A DNA stretch of 64,000 bases, taken from positions 22,405-86,404 of the forward strand of contig LBTE01000005.1 in assembly GCA_000989955.1 (NCBI GenBank), given 5' to 3'. This DNA is from a candidate division TM6 bacterium GW2011_GWF2_37_49 (GTDB lineage Bacteria; Babelota; Babeliae; Babelales; RVW-14). A model generated the notes under the pieces. It was not told the DNA's origin. It searched no databases and worked only from the letters and a program-made list of their open reading frames with translations. How positions within the stretch are numbered: the first letter of the stretch is position 1; each line of letters opens with the position of its first letter. Shown here piece after piece: positions 20,703 to 29,230 of the stretch. A program made the translations under genes and the position numbers.

Positions 20703-20858
20703 ATCCGCAACCCCCATTTTTTATTAAAATAAACTTACAAAACCAGATTATAATAAAATTTACCATTTGTCAATTATGGGGCGCTTGAAATAGTAAAAAA
20801 ATGCTTTAAACTTGGTTTGCTTTCAAAAATACGTGAATTTTTAACAAAAAGGATGTGA

Positions 20859-22742
20859 ATGGCTAACTTTTCACATAAAAATGACAATTTCGAAGAATTA
20901 TGGTCAAAACAAGCAGAAAACCTTCCTTGGTTTAAAAAATGGTCAAAAACACTTGAATGGAACGAGCCTTTTGCTCATTGGTTTGTAGATGGGCAAATTA
21001 ATGCATCTTACGCATGTCTTGACGCTCATTTAAAAAATGTCGATTTTAAAGATAAAACCGCTATTTTGTGGGAAGATGAGCGAGGTAACGAGTTAAAAAT
21101 AAGTTATAAAGAGCTCCATCAGCAAGTTAATAATTTTGCGTATTTCTTGAAACAAAACGGCGTAGGGATCGGAGATATTGTTATTATTTATCTACCGATT
21201 ATACCGCAAGCCGTTGCAGCCATGCTTGCAGTTGCACGTCTTGGCGCTACGCATTCAGTCGTATTTTCTGGCTTTAGCGCAGCAGCTCTCAAAGACAGAA
21301 TTGGCGATACTCAAGCCAAATTTTTAATCACGTGCGATGAAGCTTTTTATCGCAATAAAACGATTCATCTTAAAAAAACAGCTGACGAGGCCACATTAAA
21401 TTCGCCTAGCATTGAAAAAGTTTTTGTAATAAAACGCTCAGATGCCGACATTGAAATACCCCTTCAACCATGCGACATTGTATACGATTTGCTCGAACAT
21501 GCTAATGATCAAAACATTGTAGAGCCCACATCAGTAGAGTCTAATCACCCGCTCTTCATTCTTTACACGTCAGGCACCACCGGCAAGCCCAAGGGCATCA
21601 TTCATTCGACGGGCGGTTATTTAACTTACGTCTATTCTACGATTAAATGGGCTTTTGATATAAAACAAGATTCAATTTATTGGTGCACAGCCGACATCGG
21701 ATGGATTACAGGACATTCTTACGGCGTATACGGGCCATTGATGCATGGCGCAACCATTTTTATGCGTGAGGGGGCACCAGAGCTGCCAGCTCAAAACGCT
21801 TGGTGGAAGGCTATCGAAAAGTATAAAATTTCAATTTTTTATACATCACCAACGGCATTGCGCATGTTCATGAAGATTGGCAATCACATATTTCAAAACA
21901 CTGATTTGAGCAGCCTTAAAACACTTGGTTCTGTGGGAGAGCCTATCAATCCAGAGGTTTGGCTTTGGTACAATGACCATATCGGTCAACAAATGTGTCC
22001 AATCATCGATACGTGGTGGCAGACCGAGACGGGCGGATTTATGATCTCTCCAGCAGCTGGGCTTGACCTGGTTAAATTAAAACCGGGATCTGCAACATTT
22101 CCTCTGCCTGGCATTTGTGCAGAGATCGTTGATCAAAACAATATCCCGGTCGACAACCAAAACAAGGGGCACCTTGTAATCACCAAGCCGTGGCCAGGCA
22201 TGACAATAGGCATACACCAAAACCCAGAACTATTCAAACAAGCATACTGGTCGAAATTCAAAAACTCGTATTATTCAGGCGACTACGCAATAAAAGATAA
22301 AGATGGCTACTTTTGGCTGCTTGGCCGAGCCGACGAGGTCTTGAATGTATCCGGACACCGCATTGGCACAGCAGAAGTTGAAAGTGCAACGTTGGAACAC
22401 CCAGCAGTTGCCGAAACAGCCGTTGTTGGAATAAAAGACGAGATCAAAGGTGAAGTAATAATCGTATTTACAAGCCTTAAACAAGGTATTGCTGTAACAC
22501 CTGAACTGAAGAAGGAAATTGTGCAAACGATTCGCAAGCAGATCGGCGCTTTTGCAACACCCAAAGATATTTATTTTGTTGAACAGCTACCAAAAACTCG
22601 GTCGGGCAAGATCATGCGTCGAATACTCAAAGCGATCGTGCAAGGCGACCAAATCGGCGACGTGTCAACGCTGGAAGACGGAACATCGGTTGAAGAGATT
22701 AATTTGATTTATAAAAACTTTATACAGTCGATTCAGCAGTAA
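20859..22742 (+). CDS. acs: acetyl-CoA synthetase (AMP-forming)
   Basis: 627 aa. YTSGTTGKPKG, WWQTETGG, GDY..KDKDGYFW.LGRADEV.NVSGHR.GTAE, PKTRSGKIMRR. Confidence 0.95.
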   Translation: MANFSHKNDNFEELWSKQAENLPWFKKWSKTLEWNEPFAHWFVDGQINASYACLDAHLKNVDFKDKTAILWEDERGNELKISYKELHQQVNNFAYFLKQNGVGIGDIVIIYLPIIPQAVAAMLAVARLGATHSVVFSGFSAAALKDRIGDTQAKFLITCDEAFYRNKTIHLKKTADEATLNSPSIEKVFVIKRSDADIEIPLQPCDIVYDLLEHANDQNIVEPTSVESNHPLFILYTSGTTGKPKGIIHSTGGYLTYVYSTIKWAFDIKQDSIYWCTADIGWITGHSYGVYGPLMHGATIFMREGAPELPAQNAWWKAIEKYKISIFYTSPTALRMFMKIGNHIFQNTDLSSLKTLGSVGEPINPEVWLWYNDHIGQQMCPIIDTWWQTETGGFMISPAAGLDLVKLKPGSATFPLPGICAEIVDQNNIPVDNQNKGHLVITKPWPGMTIGIHQNPELFKQAYWSKFKNSYYSGDYAIKDKDGYFWLLGRADEVLNVSGHRIGTAEVESATLEHPAVAETAVVGIKDEIKGEVIIVFTSLKQGIAVTPELKKEIVQTIRKQIGAFATPKDIYFVEQLPKTRSGKIMRRILKAIVQGDQIGDVSTLEDGTSVEEINLIYKNFIQSIQQ

Positions 22743-22750
22743 CTTATATT

Positions 22751-23050
22751 TTACGCATTATCATAAATATCTTTTCGATGCTTAATCGCCAAGATGATTA
22801 CGCTTTTATTTTTGATTTGATAAACAACTCGATAGTCACCGACGCGTAAACGTCTCAAGCCTTTCAGACTGTATCTCAATGGTTTGCCAAATCCAATTGG
22901 ATCAACGGTTAAGCGCTCTTCAATTGCTTGCTTAATTTGTATTCGTACAGACTTGAGAAGGCTAGAAATATCGTCTGAAACAACTTTTTGAACATACTCG
23001 ATGACATACGAACATAACGTACGATCAATTTTATTTCCAGGCTTTGTCAT
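22751..23050 (-). CDS. RelE/ParE-family type II toxin
   Basis: ..FGKPLRYSLKGLRRLRVGDYRVVYQIKNKSVIILAIKHRKDIY is the ParE_toxin signature. The start ATG at 23050 overlaps the antitoxin 3' end by 20 nt. Confidence 0.85.
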   Translation of the reverse strand: MTKPGNKIDRTLCSYVIEYVQKVVSDDISSLLKSVRIQIKQAIEERLTVDPIGFGKPLRYSLKGLRRLRVGDYRVVYQIKNKSVIILAIKHRKDIYDNA

Positions 23051-23264
23051 GAGAAACCGTTTTTTGAGATTTTTTTTCAAATTCATCAACACGTTCATTT
23101 GCAAGCGTGGACAACGCGACGTCTTCATGCCGTTCTAGCGCATCCAAAATTAGTTCTTTCGCTAAACTTGAAATAGATTTGTTTTGTTTCTTTGCTAACA
23201 GGCCAAGCGTATTTAACTCAGACGTTTCAAATGTGACATTGAGTCGAGGCTTTTTTGTTGGCAT
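23031..23264 (-). CDS. ribbon-helix-helix (CopG/RelB-like) antitoxin
   Basis: ATG at 23264 lies 6 nt after AGGAG. MPTKKPRLNVTFETSELNTLGLLAKKQNKSISSLAKELILDAL is a beta-strand plus two helices, as in RHH proteins. It lies directly upstream of the toxin. Confidence 0.75.
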   Translation of the reverse strand: MPTKKPRLNVTFETSELNTLGLLAKKQNKSISSLAKELILDALERHEDVALSTLANERVDEFEKKSQKTVSHDKAWK

Positions 23265-23442
23265 TGGTACTCCTAAATTTTGAGTTTGATTTTTGGACAA
23301 TTTTAAGTGTATCACTTTAACATCTCCAATTCAACCAAAAACAAACCGCACGATATCGCTTTACGCAAAAAAGGCCTCCACCGAGCATTTCGATAGAGGC
23401 CGCACAAAAATTATATTTTTCAAACTTACTTACCTACTTACT

Positions 23443-24291
23443 CTACGCAAGTTTTGCTTTTATTGTTTCATTGCCGTATTTTGTAAGGTAATATGCAAAT
23501 AAAGATTCAAGCTCATCGCAACCAATTCTAGATCCATGCCTTTTATTGTCTATCCATAAATTTTGATAATCCATCCTAAATAATTCATTTCCGCCTTCGC
23601 CAAGGCATGAATATTCATGTTGAGTATCGCGCATTTTGATTGCATAAATATCTGTCCACTTAGCAATAAGTTTACCTCTTACACTCAATCCCTCAGAATC
23701 AAAAGTGAATACAGGCTTTTTCTTTAATTCTAAATAATTATACAGCCTATCTTCTAATGATGAATCATCAAACAAATCATACAACAAAACCCCTCCTATA
23801 CCTAAAGCAATAAACCCTGGTATAAGCGCTACATTATTGTGATTTTTTTTGTGTAAAGCATATGCGCCAAGTAAAGCGGCAAGCCCAACTGCACCTATCG
23901 GAGCTTGCAAATTAATAAATTTATGAAAGCGCATTGCAAAAATAATTCCACGACAAGCACCACAAGATGAATGATTGTTCATTTCTTTAGATGTTTCGCC
24001 GGGTTCTCTATAATTATAAATTTCAAACTTATCATCTTGTTCAGAATATTTGAACAATCCTCCATCGATAACATTCTGTTTTTTGATGTTATTTACTATC
24101 TGTTTTTTGATGCTATTTACATAACCCGGATTTTTGATGCTATTTACATAACCCGGATTCAACAAATGTATGTCGGTTGTCTTAAAGAGATCACCCCATA
24201 ACTGCCTGTAAGACTGAACTTGTTCTTCCATACCCATCAACGGACTGGCCAAAACCAAACCCGCTAAAATCATTCCATAAAACTTTTTCAT
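23443..24291 (-). CDS. hypothetical exported membrane protein with NPGYVNSIK tandem repeat
   Basis: ATG at 24291 follows TTGGAGGTTACT. Signal peptide MKKFYGMILAGLVLASPLMG and two central TM helices. TAG stop. Confidence 0.55.
   Translation of the reverse strand: MKKFYGMILAGLVLASPLMGMEEQVQSYRQLWGDLFKTTDIHLLNPGYVNSIKNPGYVNSIKKQIVNNIKKQNVIDGGLFKYSEQDDKFEIYNYREPGETSKEMNNHSSCGACRGIIFAMRFHKFINLQAPIGAVGLAALLGAYALHKKNHNNVALIPGFIALGIGGVLLYDLFDDSSLEDRLYNYLELKKKPVFTFDSEGLSVRGKLIAKWTDIYAIKMRDTQHEYSCLGEGGNELFRMDYQNLWIDNKRHGSRIGCDELESLFAYYLTKYGNETIKAKLA
24104..24157. repeat. perfect 2 x 27-bp in-frame tandem duplication
   Basis: TTTTTGATGCTATTTACATAACCCGGA occurs twice back to back (24104-24130 and 24131-24157), encoding NPGYVNSIK twice. 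Degenerate copies lie just upstream. Confidence 0.9.
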
Positions 24292-24500
24292 AGTAACCTC
24301 CAAAACGTTAACAAATTACAACTATTAAATAAATTATAGCGTCGATAGATAAAAATTCAATAATTTTAAAAAATTGCATTCGACTTGAAAACTTTAAAGC
24401 GATCTCCAACAACTCAACATTTTCACGCTGAAATAAGAGGCTTTAAATCCAGCAAAAAATGATGCGCCAAATCGGCTTTTGAGCCATGTGTTTCAAGCAC

Positions 24501-24661
24501 AACTTAGTTTTTTGCAATTTTGTGAAAAATCATTCTGCAACTAGCTGCAGATCACGGCCAGCAGGCAGCATCTAAAAAATTATTAATTTATTGGCAGAAC
24601 CGACACATTCAATGATTTTAAACACCATAGTTGATGTATGCGCCTAAACATGATAGTTTTG
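24501..24661 (+). repeat. dispersed intergenic repeat family, copy F2
   Basis: AACTTAGTTTTTTGCAATTTTGTGAAAAA..CAGCAGGCAGCATCTAAAAAATTATTAATTTATTGGCAGAACCGAC..CATAGTTGATGTATGCGCC..GATAGTTTTG. Confidence 0.8.
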
Positions 24662-24733
24662 CCCAATAAACAATTTGTTGTATTTTTTTTAATACTTTCT
24701 GAGAGAGTACATTTTTTTGTAGATTAGGTTAGA

Positions 24734-25942
24734 TCAAATATTTGAGTAGATTTGTTCGATAATTTGTATCTGATTTTTAAGATCAAATTTGGCTGTACAA
24801 AATTTGTAGCCTTCCTCTCCCATTTTTTTATTTAAATTGTCATCCGTCAGCAACAACAACAACTTATCCGCCCACAATGTAATATTTTTGGGATCGATTA
24901 AAAAACCGCTATTTTCTTCATGTGTATCTTTAATTAATTCATCCAATGGGGCGAAATTTGATGCTATGACAGGTTTTTTCATAAATCCTGCTTCGATCAC
25001 TGGTCTTGCAAAGTGTCCGAATTTTGCTGGAAAAACTACTACTTTACTTGCTGCCATTGCAGCTGGAATGTTTTGCGTTGGTCCAAGTAATACGATATTA
25101 TGTTTAAGTTCATTGTAAATTTTTAAAGCATCTTTTTTGAATTTGTGCGATGGTGATAGTTTTGTGATCCATGAGGTGGTTTTTAAATTTGGGTCAAAAT
25201 ATCCAGCTATCAAAAGTTTGGCGTGTGGCAGATTTTGTACAACTAGCTTAAACGCTTTTAAAATAACATCAGTGCCTTTTTCGTGCGAAAGACCTCCAAG
25301 AAACAATATTTTGGGGGAAATTGAATCAAGTCTATGTTGCTCTAAAAATTTGCTTTCAGACAATTCAAAATTAAATTTGTGCGGATCAACTGCGTTGTAA
25401 ATAACACGAACCTTGTGACTATTTATCCACGGTTTAGCATCATGTTTGCAAATCGGAACTATCGCGCTCGAATATTTATTAACACAGTGTCGAATAAGAT
25501 TTTTACGTAAGCCAAAATAACCTGCTGCAAGTGGTTCGCGAATATGCCAAACTACTGGAATATTTTTTCTGTGAGCAACCTTGCCCCAGGCGATTAATGA
25601 ACTTGTATTAAGATGAACTATGTCTGGCTTGATTTTATCTAGCCACTGATATGCTGCACTGTGAATTGTTTTAATTGTATCTTTGCATGACCTCCAAAAA
25701 TGCGGTATGTGGTACCATTTGAACCACCAAATTTTTGTATGCGAAAAATCGTGTAAATTTACAATTCCTGATATTTTAATACCATTTTCAATATACAAAT
25801 TAACAACTTCAGAATCGTGTAAAAACAAGACCTCTGGCTCGTATTTTGTTTTATCCAGAGCCTGAATTAAATACAAAAGGCTAAGCGGTGCGCCGCCAAG
25901 CCCTTTGCCATGATGAATGTATAAAATCTTTTTTTTATTCAT
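24734..25942 (-). CDS. glycosyltransferase, GT-B fold (GT4/family-1-like)
   Basis: 402 aa. N-terminus LYIHHGKGLGGAP. The C-terminal region ..VVVFPAKFGHFARPVIEAGFMKKPVIAS.. has the E-x7-E-like GT1 motif context. Its start abuts the ugd stop. Confidence 0.8.
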   Translation of the reverse strand: MNKKKILYIHHGKGLGGAPLSLLYLIQALDKTKYEPEVLFLHDSEVVNLYIENGIKISGIVNLHDFSHTKIWWFKWYHIPHFWRSCKDTIKTIHSAAYQWLDKIKPDIVHLNTSSLIAWGKVAHRKNIPVVWHIREPLAAGYFGLRKNLIRHCVNKYSSAIVPICKHDAKPWINSHKVRVIYNAVDPHKFNFELSESKFLEQHRLDSISPKILFLGGLSHEKGTDVILKAFKLVVQNLPHAKLLIAGYFDPNLKTTSWITKLSPSHKFKKDALKIYNELKHNIVLLGPTQNIPAAMAASKVVVFPAKFGHFARPVIEAGFMKKPVIASNFAPLDELIKDTHEENSGFLIDPKNITLWADKLLLLLTDDNLNKKMGEEGYKFCTAKFDLKNQIQIIEQIYSNI

Positions 25943-27331
25943 TTAAATTTGATTTGTCTGTATGTCTTCATTAACATCGTCAAAAAATTTCTGCATTTGC
26001 TGCGGCGTTTTAACGCATCGGCCAACATCAAAATATTTAATTCCAGCCTCTAACATTTTTTCTGGATTGAAGCAATTTCGTCCATCAAAAATAACTCTAT
26101 CTTTCAGAATATTGAAATCCTCGGGCTTGTATGCCAAAAATTCCTTCCACTCAGTTAAAATTATTAAAAAGTCTGATTTTATAAGGACTTCGCGGGCAGT
26201 TTTTGCATAACTTATTTTGTTATCGAATAAATTTTCAATGTTTTCTGAGGCAACTGGGTCGTAAGCCAAAATATTTACCTGACGTTCCAATAAGCCTTGA
26301 ATAATGTCTATTGCTGGGGCACAGCGTGTATCATCTGTTTCAGGTTTGAACGCAAGCCCCCATATCCCAATATTTTTAGACAAAATTGAATACCCGAAAT
26401 AATCAAAAATTTTTTGCAGGAACCAATTTCGTTGGTCATTGTTTATTTTTTCAACCTCGGCTGCCAGTGTCATTGGAGATTCGTATTCAAGGCCTGTTGC
26501 TACTAGGGCGCGTATGTCTTTTGGAAAACAACTTCCACCGTATCCTACACCAGCATTTAAAAAATATGATCCAATTCTTTTATCTTTTGCCATGACAAGC
26601 CTTACTTCGCTGATGTCAGCACCAACTTTTTCTGCCAAAACAGCCATTTGATTGATAAAACTTATTTTTGTGGCAAGCATGGCATTAGAAGCATATTTTG
26701 CAAGTTCTGCAGACTCAATACTCGTCACCAAAAATTGCTCTTCGTTCTGAATAATTGGTTGATAAATTTTGCGTAAAATATCTTCTGCCAGCTTTGTTTG
26801 TACACCGACAACAACTCTGTCAGGATTTAAAAAATCATTTAAAGCATCGCCTTCTTTTAAAAATTCAGGATTTGATGCAACGTCAAAATTCAGATTCAGA
26901 GCTCTCTGTGTGAGCTGCATTTTAATAATTTTTTTAACTTTTTGTGCAGTGCCGACTGGTACAGTTGATTTGTTGATGATCAAGCAATAATCGGTCATAT
27001 ATTTTCCAATTTCAACGGCGACCTGCCAAACATAAGATAGATCTGCGGAACCGTCAGGCAAAGATGGAGTTCCAACACAAGAAAATATTATTTCTGGATT
27101 TTCTGATAAGGCAATCTCAAGGCTGCTTACAAAATTGATTCTTTTATTTTTTATATTTTCTTGAACTACAATATCGAGCCCTGGCTCGTAGAACGGGATT
27201 TGACCATCTATTAGCATTTGAATTTTTTTTGCATTATTTTCAACTATCACTACAAAATTGCCTTTTTGTGCTAGGCATGCGCCGGTTACTAAGCCAACAT
27301 AACCTGCTCCAACAACCACAATTTTATTCAC
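25943..27331 (-). CDS. ugd: UDP-glucose 6-dehydrogenase
   Basis: KIVVVGAGYVGLVTGACLA Rossmann motif and catalytic GGSCFPKD. 462 aa. Overlaps the upstream GT stop by 8 nt. Confidence 0.92.
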   Translation of the reverse strand: MNKIVVVGAGYVGLVTGACLAQKGNFVVIVENNAKKIQMLIDGQIPFYEPGLDIVVQENIKNKRINFVSSLEIALSENPEIIFSCVGTPSLPDGSADLSYVWQVAVEIGKYMTDYCLIINKSTVPVGTAQKVKKIIKMQLTQRALNLNFDVASNPEFLKEGDALNDFLNPDRVVVGVQTKLAEDILRKIYQPIIQNEEQFLVTSIESAELAKYASNAMLATKISFINQMAVLAEKVGADISEVRLVMAKDKRIGSYFLNAGVGYGGSCFPKDIRALVATGLEYESPMTLAAEVEKINNDQRNWFLQKIFDYFGYSILSKNIGIWGLAFKPETDDTRCAPAIDIIQGLLERQVNILAYDPVASENIENLFDNKISYAKTAREVLIKSDFLIILTEWKEFLAYKPEDFNILKDRVIFDGRNCFNPEKMLEAGIKYFDVGRCVKTPQQMQKFFDDVNEDIQTNQI

Positions 27332-28487
27332 AGCAATTCTCCTTTTTTAAAACTGAGCTCCAAAATTTATATGTCTGTTCTGCAATAGCAGCACATGAAT
27401 AATTTTTTATAACTTTTTGATACCCTAACTCTGCAAGATTGTTTCGATATGACTCATCTATAATTAATTTTTCTATGGCATCACGTAAAGATAAATAATT
27501 TTTTTGTTTAAAAATTTGACCAACGCATGCAATGATGTTTGGAATTTCTGCTGCATCGCTTCCTACAACAGCAACTTTACATGCCATTGCCTCAATCAAA
27601 ACATGACCAAATTGTTCACGCCATTGCGTCAGATCAAACGAAGGAAGAATGAATATGTCAAGGCTCTGCATAAAAATTGCAACCTGTTCGTGTGGTACTG
27701 GTGCTATAATTTCAACGTTATCCTTAACATTTAAATCAATTATTCGCTGCAAAAGTTGTGTTTTGCTAGGTCCACTGCCAAGATAACTTAATTTCAAATT
27801 CTTATATTTATTAGATAATTCTGCAAATGCCCGCAAAAGTAAAAAAATACCTTTTTCTTCAACCAATCTTCCAGCAAATCCAATTTTTATGCTCGAAGAA
27901 CATTCTTTTTTTACTGGTCTGAAAATTTGCAAATCTACACCCAGCTGAGGCAAAATAATTGTTGGCCTAAAAAACTTTTTTCCATGCAAAATGGCGAGAG
28001 CGTCGGCATTTCCGACTATGGCTGCATCAGATTTTTTTAAATTAAATTTTTCAATCCATTTCCAAAAAAAACGGTATTTTAGCGAAAATTTGTGATGCCA
28101 ATTTACCCACGTAAAAAATATAAACTTTGAATTGATTCCTAAAATTTTTGTAAACAATATCGCTTGGAAATAACTTAGTGCGTTGTCACCCTGTTCGACG
28201 TGTATAATGTCGGGTTTAAAATTCTTTATTATACTAAATAATTTTATTGGAGTGTAGCAGTACAAAACCTCATTACCAGCTTTGAACGTGTCAAGTGATA
28301 AAAATGTGCAGCTGTCAGAATTATATGCACTTAAATCATCTTCAGCTTTGTGTTTAAAGATAGTGGTTGGCCAATAGTTTGGAAAAATTATCCTAAGATC
28401 CACTTCAGGAAAAAGAAAGGATAATGATTGCCATTTTTTTCGATTTATCGGAGCTATGTATGTGTGGCTTATTACTAAAACCCTCAT
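27324..28487 (-). CDS. glycosyltransferase, GT-B fold (family-1-like)
   Basis: 387 aa. ..GFAGRLVEEKGI..LGSGP.. and ..FILPS...REQFGHVLIEAMACKVAVVGSD fit the GT1 pattern. First gene of the GT-ugd-GT operon. Confidence 0.82.
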   Translation of the reverse strand: MRVLVISHTYIAPINRKKWQSLSFLFPEVDLRIIFPNYWPTTIFKHKAEDDLSAYNSDSCTFLSLDTFKAGNEVLYCYTPIKLFSIIKNFKPDIIHVEQGDNALSYFQAILFTKILGINSKFIFFTWVNWHHKFSLKYRFFWKWIEKFNLKKSDAAIVGNADALAILHGKKFFRPTIILPQLGVDLQIFRPVKKECSSSIKIGFAGRLVEEKGIFLLLRAFAELSNKYKNLKLSYLGSGPSKTQLLQRIIDLNVKDNVEIIAPVPHEQVAIFMQSLDIFILPSFDLTQWREQFGHVLIEAMACKVAVVGSDAAEIPNIIACVGQIFKQKNYLSLRDAIEKLIIDESYRNNLAELGYQKVIKNYSCAAIAEQTYKFWSSVLKKENCCE

Positions 28488-28570
28488 CGCAAATAATCCT
28501 TTTATTTAAAAAAAATATAACAATAAAAGACGATTTATGCGAGCATGGTTTTTATTTTTACCGTCGGCGT

Positions 28571-28725
28571 CAAAAGCACTATGTTTATGGATATACATTA
28601 ACTATGCGTATTTAAACACTTCTGTGAATCGGGTTTGCGGAGATATTGATATTTTTTTTAATGCCGCCTGCTGGCATCGTGCTGGTACGGGTTTATAAGT
28701 GTTTTTTTAAAAAATTGGCAACTAT
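28571..28725 (-). repeat. dispersed intergenic repeat family, copy R2 (reverse, diverged)
   Basis: The reverse complement reads GTTGCCAATTTTTTAAAAAAA..CCAGCACGATGCCAGCAGGCGGCATTAAAAAAAATATCAATATCTCCGCAAACCCGAT..CATAGTTAATGTATATCC..ATAGTGCTTTTG. Confidence 0.65.
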
Positions 28726-28788
28726 TCATGTGCCTAGTTTATTCCTGAAATAAAGAATTATTAAAGAAATTGTCTTGGTAAAATTTAA

Positions 28789-29133
28789 TTAGGAGCTCAT
28801 GTCAAAGTAGGTTTTTATTTTAATTTCCAGTGTTTCTTTGCTCATGTAACCAGTTTCTTTTCCTATAACTTGTCCATTTTTAATGAATAAAAAGGCTGGT
28901 ATGGATGATATATTGTATCTAACGGCTATTTCACGATCTTCATCTATATTTAGTTTCCCGAATACGTACTTTGATGATAACTCTTTTGCTAATCCTTCAA
29001 ATACTGGACCCATCATTTTACATGGCCCGCACCATGGTGCGTAAACATCGACAACAACTGGTTTTGCTGATTTGATAACTTCTTGATCAAAATTTTGTGA
29101 TGTCAAAATAATTTCCATAGAATACCCTTTCAA
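28789..29133 (-). CDS. trxA: thioredoxin
   Basis: WCGPCK active site and thioredoxin fold length. An alternative start is the ATG at 29118 (MEIILTSQNF..). Confidence 0.92.
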   Translation of the reverse strand: MKGYSMEIILTSQNFDQEVIKSAKPVVVDVYAPWCGPCKMMGPVFEGLAKELSSKYVFGKLNIDEDREIAVRYNISSIPAFLFIKNGQVIGKETGYMSKETLEIKIKTYFDMSS

Positions 29134-29230
29134 AGATAATAATATTGCAGTTGAACTTAGACTAATAAATATATATTAGCTCATTATTGATTTTCGCAAA
29201 ATAAAAATATAGAACTAGATCGGATATATT

